64,000 bases of DNA from Candidatus Oxydemutatoraceae bacterium (GCA_965226235.1 OZ245335.1:1260427-1324426); one strand, 5' to 3'; positions 1-10,165 are shown, counted from the stretch's first letter. Notes: generated from the letters alone by a model not told the origin. Numbers and translations: made by a program.

Positions 1-800
1 AGAAACAACCGGAGCCGGTTGCGACCGAGAACCCGTTGGCAAACAGGATGCTCGCGATCGAGCAACGCATGACGTCGCTCGAGCAGCAGATCAAGGACCT
101 GGCCGAAACCAGCAACGACAAGGTAAAGCTTGTAGAATCGAACCAGGCATGGTGGTTGGTCGAAGTCGAGCGTTATTTGGTGGAAGCCGGCGAGCGGGTG
201 AAAAACGGCGCGAGTGCACGGTCTGCCCTGGCGGCACTGAAATCTGCAAGGAGCACCCTGGAGGGTATCGATCTGCAAGACATCGATGCCACCGCGATCG
301 GCAGGATCAAGGGTATCCTGGACCAGGAAATCCTGTCGCTGGAAAAGTATGAGAACCCTGCCGCAAAGCGCGCAGTGGAGTTGATTGACAACACGATCAG
401 GCATCTGGAACGTAGCGCAATGCCGGATAAGCATACGACCGTGGCGGATGCCCCGATAGCCGCCGCATCAAACGGCGACGGGTGGTCAAACCTGACGGAG
501 CGCCTCAAACGCATGGTCGTCGTTGAGACGCAATCGGGTGACGAGTTGCAGCGATTGAATCGGGGGCTTGTCGTCCACTCGCTGATGCTTGCAAAAACCG
601 CGATAGCCGGCAGCGATGCCCGGTCTTATCACTACGCGGTCGCCAACGCCCTGCAGATGCTCGAGCAAAGCGACGCATTCAGCCGGGAGGTATATGGTGC
701 CTTGCAGACACTCCAGTCGATCGACATTACGCCGTCGCCGCCTTACGCCGGCAAAGCACTTCGGGAAGTCCGCCTGCTTGCCACGGAGATCCTGCCTTGA
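1..800 (+). CDS. hemX: HemX-like protein (putative uroporphyrinogen-III C-methyltransferase), 5' partial. The reading frame is open from the window start and the listed ORF begins at 36.
   Basis: The central WLLAQ.D.LV.LAGR.L region aligns with E. coli HemX. No stop codon lies between position 3 and 36. It is followed directly by hemY. Confidence 0.65.
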   Translation, partial: KQPEPVATENPLANRMLAIEQRMTSLEQQIKDLAETSNDKVKLVESNQAWWLVEVERYLVEAGERVKNGASARSALAALKSARSTLEGIDLQDIDATAIGRIKGILDQEILSLEKYENPAAKRAVELIDNTIRHLERSAMPDKHTTVADAPIAAASNGDGWSNLTERLKRMVVVETQSGDELQRLNRGLVVHSLMLAKTAIAGSDARSYHYAVANALQMLEQSDAFSREVYGALQTLQSIDITPSPPYAGKALREVRLLATEILP

Positions 801-1921
801 GAGGGTGGATGTTCATCGTCTCGCTGGTCGTCCTGCTTTCAGTGATGATCGTGTTCACCGAGCAACAACCGTGGGCGACCGTCACTGTTATTTTCGGCAA
901 CGAGCGAGTGTCTGCAAACTTTGCGTTCCTGTTGCTGATCCTGGTCGGCACGCTGATTTCCATGCAGTTGCTGGCCAAGCTTTTCAGACTGCCGGCACAC
1001 CTCGTCGCAACCAACCGCAAGCGTCGCACGGAGCGACTGCGAGAAGAGTTCGATCGGGGCATCCTGCTGTACCTGCAGGGTGGCTACGAGCAGGCGCAGC
1101 GGTGTTTTCTGAAAGCGTCACAGGAACGTCTTCTCGGTTATACCGCCCGGTTGCTTGTGGCATCCTGCGCCCTTGCGCAAAGAAATTTTCCCGAGGTGCG
1201 CGGAGCGCTGCAAGCGGCGCAAGCAGTCAATGCGCGGGATAATCTCGGCGTGGGCGTAATTCAATCGGAAATGCTGCTCAAATCCGGGGAAGACGAGCAA
1301 GCGCTGGCGCACCTGACCAGGTTGCGCCGCCGGCAACCCGACAACCGCAAACTGGTCGATTTGCTGGTGCAGGCCTGTGAGTCGACCGACGCATGGGAAT
1401 TGCTGGAGGTGGCGCTGCCAAAACTGCGCAAGCTGTATCAGGATAAACCAGGCAGGCTCCGCGCGATCGAAACTTCGGTGGCACGCAAGCTGTTGCAGCT
1501 AGCGGCAAAGCGCATGAGCGAGAGCGACCTGCTAAAGCAATGGCGCGGCACCGCGCGCGCTCTCCAGCCGCAGTTGCTCATGGATTACGCGCGCTTGCTG
1601 GTCTCCGTTGGTGCTCAAAATACGGCACAGAATGTCCTGAGCGCGGCGATCGAATCGGACTGGGCATGGGATTGCATCGTCTGCTACGGCGACCTTGAAG
1701 GAATTGATGTAGAACAACGCATCAAGCGTGTCGAATACTGGTTGCGGGACAGGCCCAGAGACCCAGCCTTGCTGCTTTGTCTCGGCAAACTGTGCCGCCA
1801 GGCGGGCCAGTGGGATCGAGCCGCGCGTTGTTTGGAGAAAAGCCTGCAACTGTCACCACGACCGCAAACCGGCGAAGAACTGGGACGCGTGTTGGGATAT
1901 TTGGACGAAAGCGGGGACTGA
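797..1921 (+). CDS. hemY: HemY-like heme biosynthesis-associated membrane/TPR protein
   Basis: Two N-terminal TM helices are followed by a TPR-like helical region. It overlaps the hemX stop by 4 bp, as in the hemCDXY arrangement. Confidence 0.7.
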   Translation: MRGWMFIVSLVVLLSVMIVFTEQQPWATVTVIFGNERVSANFAFLLLILVGTLISMQLLAKLFRLPAHLVATNRKRRTERLREEFDRGILLYLQGGYEQAQRCFLKASQERLLGYTARLLVASCALAQRNFPEVRGALQAAQAVNARDNLGVGVIQSEMLLKSGEDEQALAHLTRLRRRQPDNRKLVDLLVQACESTDAWELLEVALPKLRKLYQDKPGRLRAIETSVARKLLQLAAKRMSESDLLKQWRGTARALQPQLLMDYARLLVSVGAQNTAQNVLSAAIESDWAWDCIVCYGDLEGIDVEQRIKRVEYWLRDRPRDPALLLCLGKLCRQAGQWDRAARCLEKSLQLSPRPQTGEELGRVLGYLDESGD

Positions 1922-1950
1922 TACGGAACATCTGGCGTATGCGCGGTAAC

Positions 1951-2421
1951 ATGATCAAAGCGTTGTTTTTCATACTGCTGCTCGGATTCTGGCTGTTGCT
2001 CTCCAACCGGCCACAGACGTACCTCGTGATCCTGGGTACCAGTAGCGCGATTTTGGTCATCGCGTTGCTCGCGAGAATGGATATTCTCGACCGGCGCCTG
2101 CCTTCACTCCAATCTTTTCTCCGCTGGCTGCGGTACTCTATGTGGCTACTGTTTCGCGTCGTGAGTTCCTCCACACGCGTTGCCTTGACGGTGTTGCGTC
2201 CGAAGCTGTCGATAGCACCGGGATTTATCCGTGTGCCGATGAGCCAAAAGAAAGATTTCACCAGGATGATACACGCCAACTCGATTACACTGACCCCCGG
2301 CACGGTGAGTACCGAGTTCAACGAAGGCTACATCGAGGTACACGCGCTAGACCATCGCGGGCAACAACAGGTGCAGGCCGAACTTGATCGCCGGGTTACG
2401 CATATCGAGGGAGAGCAGTGA
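1951..2421 (+). CDS. mrpE: Na+/H+ antiporter subunit E (MrpE/MnhE)
   Basis: ATG at 1951 lies inside the 1777..2421 ORF. The hydrophobic N-terminus and length match MnhE. It heads an E-F-G-B-C-D series. Confidence 0.7.
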   Translation: MIKALFFILLLGFWLLLSNRPQTYLVILGTSSAILVIALLARMDILDRRLPSLQSFLRWLRYSMWLLFRVVSSSTRVALTVLRPKLSIAPGFIRVPMSQKKDFTRMIHANSITLTPGTVSTEFNEGYIEVHALDHRGQQQVQAELDRRVTHIEGEQ

Positions 2422-2708
2422 TGCTGCAGGTGCTGTTTGCTGTAATTGTACTGGTCATGGCGATGCTGCTGGCACGAGCCGTCATGGGTCGAGGGCTGTT
2501 CAACCGCATGCTGGCAATCAACTCTTTCGGCACAATGACGGTGTTATTGTTGGTACTGCTCAGCGTATGGTTCGACCAGTACGACCTGATCGACATTGCC
2601 CTCCTGTATGCACTGATCAACTTCATCGGCCCCCTCGTGATATTGAGGTTCTTCGAGGGGCACAAGTTGCCCGGGGAACAAGTGCATATGGATGATTTTC
2701 ATGATTGA
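2418..2708 (+). CDS. mrpF: Na+/H+ antiporter subunit F (MrpF/MnhF)
   Basis: A 96 aa protein with three TM helices. It overlaps mrpE by 4 bp. Confidence 0.7.
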   Translation: MMLQVLFAVIVLVMAMLLARAVMGRGLFNRMLAINSFGTMTVLLLVLLSVWFDQYDLIDIALLYALINFIGPLVILRFFEGHKLPGEQVHMDDFHD

Positions 2709-3003
2709 CGCGGTATTGAACCTGGTCAGTTGGGGGCTGCTAATCATCGGGAGTTTCTTCCTGGTCGCCGGAGGAGTCGGCATACTGCGCCTGCCCCACT
2801 TCTACGCGCGCCTGCATGCGGCAAGCTTGATCGACACACTCGGTGTGCTGGCGCCGTTGGTCGCGCTCGCGCTACAGACCGAAGAACTGAAAAGCGCGTT
2901 GAAAGTATCGTTGGTCTTCCTGTTTCTGCTGATCACCCTGCCAGCCACAACCCACGCGCTGGCAAAGGCCGCACGCCGTTACAACAGCGAGGAACCGCCC
3001 TGA
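2692..3003 (+). CDS. mrpG: Na+/H+ antiporter subunit G (MrpG/MnhG)
   Basis: The motif GILRLPHFYARLHAASLIDTLG matches the conserved MnhG core (RFPDxYxRLHA). Confidence 0.75.
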   Translation: MIFMIDAVLNLVSWGLLIIGSFFLVAGGVGILRLPHFYARLHAASLIDTLGVLAPLVALALQTEELKSALKVSLVFLFLLITLPATTHALAKAARRYNSEEPP

Positions 3004-3570
3004 ATGGAATACATCATTCAGGTTCCGCTACTGTTGCTGTTGACAGTTACCGCAGTGCTGACGGCAGCCTGCAAAAATCTGTTTGCCGCTGTGCTGTTGC
3101 TTTGTATCTACAGCCTGTTGGCTGCCACCGTATTCATCGTACTCGACGCACCCGACGTCGCCTTCACCGAAGCGGCGGTCGGTGCGGGCTTGTCGACCGT
3201 CTTGTTCCTGATGGCGATCGCGTTGACCTCGAAGCTGCACAGCTATAAATCCAGCCGTCCATGGTCGGCCATAGCACTGGTGTCGCTCGTGGCCTGCATG
3301 CTGCTGTACGCGGTGCCGGATTTTCCACCCTTCGCGTCACTGGACGCGCCGGCCCATGGGCGTGTCGCAGAGTATTACCTGGACAACACCGAACGGGATA
3401 TCGGGGTGCCCAACGTGGTGACCGCGGTGCTTACGAGTTACCGTGGGTTTGATACCCTGGGGGAACTGATAATGATCTTCACGGCGGGGGTCGGGGTCGT
3501 CGGGTTATTCGCAACCGGGTTCCACCGTCGGACGCGTCGTCCGCCTCCAGCCTCCAAGGCAACACGATGA
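3004..3570 (+). CDS. MnhB-related membrane protein. This is a DUF4040-like domain equivalent to the C-terminal domain of MrpA.
   Basis: A 188 aa polytopic membrane protein placed between mrpG and mnhB. Such a free-standing MrpA C-terminal domain is typical of Mbh/Mrp-like modules that lack a fused MrpA. Confidence 0.55.
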   Translation: MEYIIQVPLLLLLTVTAVLTAACKNLFAAVLLLCIYSLLAATVFIVLDAPDVAFTEAAVGAGLSTVLFLMAIALTSKLHSYKSSRPWSAIALVSLVACMLLYAVPDFPPFASLDAPAHGRVAEYYLDNTERDIGVPNVVTAVLTSYRGFDTLGELIMIFTAGVGVVGLFATGFHRRTRRPPPASKATR

Positions 3571-4001
3571 AGATGGTCAACCGCAACCCGGTTCTGCGCG
3601 AAACCGCGCATCTTCTGGTGCCGTTGATTCTGATGTACGCACTTTACGTGCAGTTCCATGGCGAGCTCGGTCCTGGGGGGGGGTTCCAGGGAGGCGTTAT
3701 CTTTGCGACCGGCATACTGGTGTATGCCTTGATTCATGGACGAGAACGGTTGCGGCGGGTAATCTCGCCGCGTGCCGCAGAGGTGCTGGCATGCCTTGGA
3801 GTGCTGTTGTATGGCGGCACCGGCATGGCGACAATGCTGCTAGGTGGAGAATTTCTCAACTACAGCGTATTTGCCGACAATCCGATCGTGGGACAGCACG
3901 TGGGCATCTGGCTGGTTGAACTCGGCATTGGCATTACCATTGTTGGCGTCGTCGTCGTCGTGTTCCATTTGTTCGCCGATGCGCGGAAGCCACGCGAATG
4001 A
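3567..4001 (+). CDS. mrpB: Na+/H+ antiporter subunit B (MnhB/MrpB)
   Basis: Carries the MnhB hallmark GELGPGGGFQGG. Its start overlaps the upstream gene by 4 bp. Confidence 0.7.
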   Translation: MKMVNRNPVLRETAHLLVPLILMYALYVQFHGELGPGGGFQGGVIFATGILVYALIHGRERLRRVISPRAAEVLACLGVLLYGGTGMATMLLGGEFLNYSVFADNPIVGQHVGIWLVELGIGITIVGVVVVVFHLFADARKPRE

Positions 4002-4408
4002 GTGGGCAACTGCAGTCTTTGGCAGGCTATTACAGCTACGCGGTCGTGGTCGTGTTGATGATGACGGGACTCTATATACTCATTGCTTACGGGAACCTGA
4101 TCAAACAACTGGTCGGTCTCAGCCTGTTTCAAAGCGCAGTATTCATTCTGTTTATCCTGTTGGCCGCAGGCAACAACGCGGTTCCACCGATTCTTCGCGC
4201 GGGTGCTTCGGTGGATATCGTCTATGCAAGCCCGTTACCGCACGTGTTGATACTGACCGCTATCGTCGTTTCGGTAGCAACAACGGCGCTGGGGCTATCG
4301 CTGGTCGTGGGGATCGGAAAAATCCGGGGAACGATTGAGGAAGAAGAACTCGAGTCCCTGGATGATGCAACACACGGTAGATTACACAAAGCGGACGATT
4401 CAGCCTGA
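3998..4408 (+). CDS. mrpC: Na+/H+ antiporter subunit C (MrpC, NuoK-like)
   Basis: A 136 aa protein with three TM helices and an acidic C-terminal tail. It has the MnhC/NuoK size and topology. Confidence 0.7.
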   Translation: MSGQLQSLAGYYSYAVVVVLMMTGLYILIAYGNLIKQLVGLSLFQSAVFILFILLAAGNNAVPPILRAGASVDIVYASPLPHVLILTAIVVSVATTALGLSLVVGIGKIRGTIEEEELESLDDATHGRLHKADDSA

Positions 4409-4410
4409 CC

Positions 4411-5889
4411 GTGCTGCGCCACCTGCCCGTTATCGTTGTCGTGGCACCGCTTTTGAGTGCGCCGCTGTGCATTCTCTCCAATCGCTTCATGCCGGCACGC
4501 CTGATAGCACTGGGAACCTGCCTGCTGACTCTTGCATGCGCGATCACGATGCTCGCCGCAACCACGGATGGGTTCATATGGCGCTATGAACTGGGAGGAT
4601 GGGCCGCTCCCTGGGGTATCGTCTATCGAGTCGATGCGTTCAGTGCGCTGCTGGTACTGCTGATAGCCGGTATCGCCAGCGTCGTGGTTTTGTTTTCCGG
4701 TCGCCTCGCCACCCAGGAGATAGCCGGCAGGGAAACTTATTTCTTTGCCCTGTTCATGCTGGCTTGTGCCGGGTTTTTCGGAGTAGTCGTTACTGGCGAC
4801 CTGTTCAATATCTTTGTCTTCCTTGAAATCTGCGCGCTTGCTTCTTACGCATTGGTTGGGTTGAAAGGAGGCGATAAAGCACTGCTCGCCGCCTATCGTT
4901 ATCTGCTCATGGGATCCGTAGGAGCTACGTTTTTCCTGATCGGCATCGGCTACCTGTATATGATGACCGGCACGCTCAATCTCGAAGAGCTTGCTACGCA
5001 GCTCCCCGGGCTTACATCAAGCCGCACGGTGCTGGCGGCGATGGCTTTTATCGGCGCCGGACTGGCGATGAAAATCGCTTTGTTTCCTCTCCACTGGTGG
5101 TTGCCGAACGCATACACGTTTTCCTTTTCCCCGGTGTCGGCGCTACTCGCCGCCCTGTCTACCAAGGTCTCGATTTACCTGTTTATCCGATTGTTTTTCG
5201 GCGTGTTCGGCATCGATGCCGTTGCTGCGGAAAGCAGCTTCGACGTGGTTTTGTTCGGTCTATCTTCAGGTGCGATTTTTTTCGCGTCGGTGGCAGCAAT
5301 TTACCAAGACGACGTCAGACGCATCATGGCTTATTCAAGCATCTCGCAGATCGGCTTTATCATGCTTGGCGTCAGCCTGGTTTCCACGGCGGGGATAGGC
5401 GCGAGCGTAGTGTACCTGTTTAACCACGCGCTGATTAAATGCGGCTTGTTTCTTGCGCTGGGCTGTGTCGTTTACCGTTTTGGAAGTTGCCGGATTGTTG
5501 ATTTCGAGGGCCTCGGCAAACGCATGCCGTGGACGATGGCCGCGATCGTGATCGGTGGCCTGAGTCTCGTGGGTGTACCGCTTACTGCAGGATTCGTCGG
5601 CAAGTGGCAGCTTATCAGTGTCGCCTTTGAAGCGAACAGATGGCTCCCGGTGCTGGTGGTGCTTGCAGGGTCGCTATTGAGCCTGGTTTACGTGTGGAGA
5701 CTGACTGAAGCCGCGTACTTGCCACAGGCGCCTTCGGTTGAAGCAGAGAAGAATACGCGGTGTGAAGCACCGGCCGTCTTGCTGGTGCCGGTATGGCTTC
5801 TGATTGCATTGAATATTTACATAGGGATTGACTCGTCCAACCTCATCAGGATTGCGACGCAGGCAGCGCGCGGCGTTGTCGGAGAATAG
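4411..5889 (+). CDS. mrpD: NuoL/MrpD-family proton-conducting antiporter subunit, copy 1
   Basis: A 492 aa polytopic protein of the NADH-quinone oxidoreductase chain L/M/N (MrpD) family. Confidence 0.75.
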   Translation: MLRHLPVIVVVAPLLSAPLCILSNRFMPARLIALGTCLLTLACAITMLAATTDGFIWRYELGGWAAPWGIVYRVDAFSALLVLLIAGIASVVVLFSGRLATQEIAGRETYFFALFMLACAGFFGVVVTGDLFNIFVFLEICALASYALVGLKGGDKALLAAYRYLLMGSVGATFFLIGIGYLYMMTGTLNLEELATQLPGLTSSRTVLAAMAFIGAGLAMKIALFPLHWWLPNAYTFSFSPVSALLAALSTKVSIYLFIRLFFGVFGIDAVAAESSFDVVLFGLSSGAIFFASVAAIYQDDVRRIMAYSSISQIGFIMLGVSLVSTAGIGASVVYLFNHALIKCGLFLALGCVVYRFGSCRIVDFEGLGKRMPWTMAAIVIGGLSLVGVPLTAGFVGKWQLISVAFEANRWLPVLVVLAGSLLSLVYVWRLTEAAYLPQAPSVEAEKNTRCEAPAVLLVPVWLLIALNIYIGIDSSNLIRIATQAARGVVGE

Positions 5890-5895
5890 GCGGCA

Positions 5896-7341
5896 TTGAC
5901 CGAGATCACGCTGCAAATCACGCTGGCTTCGCCTTTCGCCTGCGCGTTACTGGCGGCGAGCCTCCGGCGCGGAGGGTATCAAACCGCGGTGCTGATAGTA
6001 CCGTTCATCACGCTGGTCGGCGTCGTGTTGCTGGCACTGCGCTTTGCCCTGTATGACGAAGGTGCGGCGTTGCCCCTGACGCAACTGATCGCTGGCATGA
6101 CGATCGGGTTCAAGGTGGAGGCATTGGGGCTGGTTTTCGCCCTGGTAGTCGCCGTTTTGTGGCCGATCAGCATGCTGTATTCCCTCTCTTACTGCGAGGC
6201 TGGTTCGCTCGATCACCGGCCGCGCTTTTTCGCTTGTTTCAGTCTGGCGATCGGAAGTGCTCTGGCTATGGCGTTCGCTGCCGACCTGCTGACGTTGTGG
6301 ATTTTTTACGAGGTATTGACGTTGAGCACCTACCCCTTGGTCGTGCATTATGGCGACGACCGGTCACGCGCAAGCGGTAGACTGTATCTTGGGTTTTTAC
6401 TTGGATCCTCGATACTGCTGTTTTTACCAGCGATAGTCTGGATTCAAGTCGCCTGCGGGACGCTGGAGTTCGCACCGGGCGGGGTGTCCCGGACCTGCAT
6501 CAGCGACAAGGAAGCGTCCTGGCTTTTGTTTATGCTGATCTTCGGGGCCGGCAAAGCGGCATTGATGCCGCTGCATCGCTGGCTGCCGGAGGCGATGGTC
6601 GCGCCGGCCCCGGTCAGCGCACTGTTGCACGCGGTCGCCGTGGTCAAGGCCGGGGTTTTTACGATTGCCACGGTTGTCGTTTATGTTTTCGGCTTTGAAC
6701 GCATGCATGCCATCGCCAGCGGTTGGCTGGTTTATGTCGCGGGCGCATCTGCCATACTCGCCTCACTGATCGCGCTACGCCAGAACGCGCTGAAGAAGAT
6801 GCTGGCGTATTCCACGATCAGCCAGTTGGCATACATCACTTTGGGGGTCGCGTTGTTAAAGCCGGCATTTTTCGGTGCGGTTTTGCATCTGGTCACGCAT
6901 GCTTTCGGCAAAATCACCCTGTTTTTCGCCGCTGGAGCCATTCAGAGTGTCACCGGAAAAGTGAAGATCAGTGATCTCAAGGGCATCGCGTATTCGATGC
7001 CGTGGACGATGGGCTGTTTCACCGTCGCTGCCTTGTCAATAATCGGAATACCACCACTGGCAGGGTTTGCCGGCAAATGGCTCTTGCTGCAGGGAGCAGT
7101 CGATTCCGGACATGATTTCGCGATCTGGACACTCATAGCAGGCATGGTGCTAAGTGCCGGTTATCTTATGCCGGTGGTGTACCGCGCCTACACGCGCGCC
7201 GATGCGGCAGTAGATACGGAACTGGTACAGGAAGAAGCGCCATTACCCATGTTGCTGGCGATGTTGTTACCGACCGGCGTCATGCTGATCATGTTTTTCT
7301 ACGCCAACGACATTGTTCGCTTTCTCGAGAGGATTGGATGA
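5896..7341 (+). CDS. NuoL/MrpD-family proton-conducting antiporter subunit, copy 2
   Basis: A 481 aa protein with the WLPEAM and HAVAVVKAGV motifs typical of MrpD/NuoM. Confidence 0.75.
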   Translation: MTEITLQITLASPFACALLAASLRRGGYQTAVLIVPFITLVGVVLLALRFALYDEGAALPLTQLIAGMTIGFKVEALGLVFALVVAVLWPISMLYSLSYCEAGSLDHRPRFFACFSLAIGSALAMAFAADLLTLWIFYEVLTLSTYPLVVHYGDDRSRASGRLYLGFLLGSSILLFLPAIVWIQVACGTLEFAPGGVSRTCISDKEASWLLFMLIFGAGKAALMPLHRWLPEAMVAPAPVSALLHAVAVVKAGVFTIATVVVYVFGFERMHAIASGWLVYVAGASAILASLIALRQNALKKMLAYSTISQLAYITLGVALLKPAFFGAVLHLVTHAFGKITLFFAAGAIQSVTGKVKISDLKGIAYSMPWTMGCFTVAALSIIGIPPLAGFAGKWLLLQGAVDSGHDFAIWTLIAGMVLSAGYLMPVVYRAYTRADAAVDTELVQEEAPLPMLLAMLLPTGVMLIMFFYANDIVRFLERIG

Positions 7342-7544
7342 AAAGCAAATGGTGGCCAGGTTTAGCGGTTGCGGCGGTGGCCGTCTTGCTACCTGAACTT
7401 TTCATCGACCGTGCCCGGCACATGACGATTGATGGATTCGGGTTTTATGCGTGGTTTGGTTGGGTGGCCTGTTTGCTGGTGGTAATCGTCGCGTTGCTCG
7501 TGGGGCGCGTGATCGAGCGCGGAGACGATTACTATGACGATTGA
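7338..7544 (+). CDS. Small two-TM membrane protein, translationally coupled within the mrp-like operon
   Basis: A 68 aa protein with 4 bp overlaps at both ends with the flanking MrpD-like genes. No homolog recognised. Confidence 0.35.
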   Translation: MKSKWWPGLAVAAVAVLLPELFIDRARHMTIDGFGFYAWFGWVACLLVVIVALLVGRVIERGDDYYDD

Positions 7545-9192
7545 GCTTGCCTGGTCGCCGGGATTACTGATTATTGCCAGCGCGGTACCGGCGCTTGTGT
7601 TTCGCGGTACTCCCAGAGCCGTTTTGCTACTTGCGCTACCGGTTCTAGCGTTGATCCTGGTTTGGATCGCGACCCCCGCTACAGCGGCGACAATCGAGTT
7701 TTTCGGTTATCCGCTACAGCCTTTCGGGGCGACCGAACTGGGACGTTTGTTTGCCACGGTGTTCATTTTCGCGCTGCTCGCCGGGCATGTATTCGCATTG
7801 CGCCATGCGCCTTCGTTCGAATTGGCGTGCGCTTGCCTTTATAGCGGCAGTGCCGTGTGCGTGACCCTGGTGGGAGACTTCCTGAGCCTGTTTATGTTCT
7901 GGGAAATAATGACGCTTGCTTCGAGCGGCATTCTGTTTTCAGCCGGTACGCGCGCCGCTCACGGTGCAACACTCCGCTACCTGCTGTTGCACCTGTTCGG
8001 CGGAATGCTGCTGCTGGGCGGGATTCTGGGGACGGCTGCCACCACGGGCGAAATTGCGCTACGCCCGTTACGTGCGGATGACGCCTATACCTGGATGATG
8101 CTTGCCGGTTTTCTGATCGGCGCTGGTGCTCCCCCTTTTTCCGCATGGGTCGCCGACGCCTATCCCGAGGCGAGCCCATCCGGCACCGTATACCTGTCCG
8201 CAGGCAAGACCAAAGCTGCGGTGTTCGCGTTACTCGCCGCGTTCCCGGGAGAAGCGATGCTGATACCAATCGGCGCCTATATGATTTTTTACGGGATTAT
8301 CTATGCGTTGCGTGAAAATGATATGCGCAGAATCCTCGCGTACACCACCGTCAACCAGGTTGGATTCATGCTGGTGGGCATTGGAATCGGCACTTCGCTG
8401 GCTCTCAACGGTGCTGTCGCCCACGCAGCCACACACATTGTCTACAAGGTCTTGCTCATGATGTCGGCAGGTAGCGTACTGTTCATGACCGGGAAGAGAA
8501 AATGCACCGAGCTCGGCGGCCTGTACCGCAGCATGCGTTTGACCACTGCCTGCGGGATTGTGGGCGTGTTATCCATCGCAGGGGCTCCCCTGACTTCGGG
8601 GTTCGTGTCCAAACCCATGATTATCGACGCCGCGCTCACCCAGCACCTTCCATGGCTTTGGTTCGCTCTGCTGGTGGCGTCGGCGGTGTTTTTACACGCA
8701 GGAGTCAAATTTCCGTGGTTTGTCTTCTTTCACAAGGATTCGGGGCTCAGGCCCGACGACCCGCCATGGAACATGCGTCTCGCGATGCTGGTTCTGGCGG
8801 CCTGCTGTTTGCTGACAGGGTTGTTCCCGCAATGGCTCTATGCATTGCTGCCCTGGTCTTCGGAGTATCAACCTTACACAGCCAGCCATGTCGTCACCCA
8901 GCTACAGTTGCTGGTTTTTTCCGCCATTGCTTTTTTCATGTTGCTGCCCTTGCTGCAGTGTTCACGCACCATCAGCCTGGACTTTGACTGGTTGTACCGT
9001 AGAGGCGGCGCACGGCTCTACGGCTCGTTGCTGAATCAACTGGCCACAACCGAACGGCTACGTGATGCCAGCTTGCGTCTTGTGGCAAGATTGAAACCGG
9101 CAGGCGCACCGATCGGGGAGTTGCAAAGCGGCTTGTCGATAAGATGGATGATCGCAGTGCTTGCATTGCTACTGCTACTGCATTACTTATAG
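7534..9192 (+). CDS. NuoL/MrpA/MrpD-family antiporter subunit, copy 3 (552 aa)
   Basis: Polytopic membrane protein with an MFWEIMTLAS motif of the complex I antiporter-like family. It is the last gene of the module. Confidence 0.7.
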   Translation: MTIELAWSPGLLIIASAVPALVFRGTPRAVLLLALPVLALILVWIATPATAATIEFFGYPLQPFGATELGRLFATVFIFALLAGHVFALRHAPSFELACACLYSGSAVCVTLVGDFLSLFMFWEIMTLASSGILFSAGTRAAHGATLRYLLLHLFGGMLLLGGILGTAATTGEIALRPLRADDAYTWMMLAGFLIGAGAPPFSAWVADAYPEASPSGTVYLSAGKTKAAVFALLAAFPGEAMLIPIGAYMIFYGIIYALRENDMRRILAYTTVNQVGFMLVGIGIGTSLALNGAVAHAATHIVYKVLLMMSAGSVLFMTGKRKCTELGGLYRSMRLTTACGIVGVLSIAGAPLTSGFVSKPMIIDAALTQHLPWLWFALLVASAVFLHAGVKFPWFVFFHKDSGLRPDDPPWNMRLAMLVLAACCLLTGLFPQWLYALLPWSSEYQPYTASHVVTQLQLLVFSAIAFFMLLPLLQCSRTISLDFDWLYRRGGARLYGSLLNQLATTERLRDASLRLVARLKPAGAPIGELQSGLSIRWMIAVLALLLLLHYL

Positions 9193-9262
9193 TCTGGAAC
9201 CTTATAACATGAGTGAGACCATGCTTCCTCCCCCGCAGACAGAAAACAAGGAACCGGTCTGA

Positions 9263-10165
9263 ATGTTTATTCTGGGTGTAGGAGCACCAAAAACAGGGAC
9301 GACCTGGCTCGCCGCGTATATAAGGCAATCACCCCGGTATGTGCGGTTTTGTGCAGAAAAAGAACAGCATGTCTGGGATCGCGTATGTATCCCATTAATG
9401 AAAGGACGGAAAAGAAAACTCCGCAGAATCTTGCAGGACTTGCTCCGTACCCGCCGCCGGTGGGACCATCTGCGGCAGTATATTGCGTTGTGGTTAATGG
9501 AAAAAATCCCGGCTTATTATTTTTACCGCCTGCAACGGACGCTTCGCAACAAGGAAAATATCACGCTGGATATCACCCCGGCTTACATGGGGCTGTCCAA
9601 AGAGGATTTCATCAAAATCAGAAACGGGCTGAAAAAATACGACATACGGACGAAAGTCGTGTTTCTCATGAGAGACCCTGTCGAAAGATGCATCAGCCAC
9701 TATGAAGCAGAAGAAGCATCACGCTTGAAGCGAGGCATCAACCTGTCCGGATCGGTGTTTGCATTACCGGACAAGGCAGGGCTGAAAAAATATTGTACAT
9801 TGGCAAAAAACAGGTTCAAAACAAGCTATCAAGATACGATCGCGAACCTGGAGGCTGTGTTTGCGCCGGAACAGTTGTTTTTCGGCATCTATGAAAACCT
9901 TTTCGAAGAACAGTCCATCGCCGCGCTGTCCGATTTCCTGGAATTACCCTATAATCCCGCGTTTGCCAAACGATGCATCAAGCCCGCGTTTTCCAAACGA
10001 CACATCAAGCCCACACAGTACCCCGATATAAATATCGACGACGACACAAGAAGATTCATCGCCGAAGAATACAGAAGCACCTATGCGTTTTGCGCAACCC
10101 GGTTTCCGGTAACCGGAAACTTGTGGAGAGGGTTCCAGTGGATCCGGACGAACGCCCCTTCCTGA
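9263..10165 (+). CDS. PAPS-dependent sulfotransferase-family protein, tandem copy 1
   Basis: The 5'-PSB motif GAPKTGTTW and the 3'-PB motif KVVFLMRDPVERCISHY correspond to PKSGTTW and KVVYVARNAKDVAVSYY in eukaryotic cytosolic sulfotransferases. Local GC is about 50%. Confidence 0.7.
   Translation: MFILGVGAPKTGTTWLAAYIRQSPRYVRFCAEKEQHVWDRVCIPLMKGRKRKLRRILQDLLRTRRRWDHLRQYIALWLMEKIPAYYFYRLQRTLRNKENITLDITPAYMGLSKEDFIKIRNGLKKYDIRTKVVFLMRDPVERCISHYEAEEASRLKRGINLSGSVFALPDKAGLKKYCTLAKNRFKTSYQDTIANLEAVFAPEQLFFGIYENLFEEQSIAALSDFLELPYNPAFAKRCIKPAFSKRHIKPTQYPDINIDDDTRRFIAEEYRSTYAFCATRFPVTGNLWRGFQWIRTNAPS

Noticed and set aside
616-1242. 208-aa Arg/Ser-rich ORF overlapping the hemX/hemY junction in another frame
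   Set aside because: Low-complexity, overlaps two well-supported genes. Typical spurious ORF in high-GC DNA.
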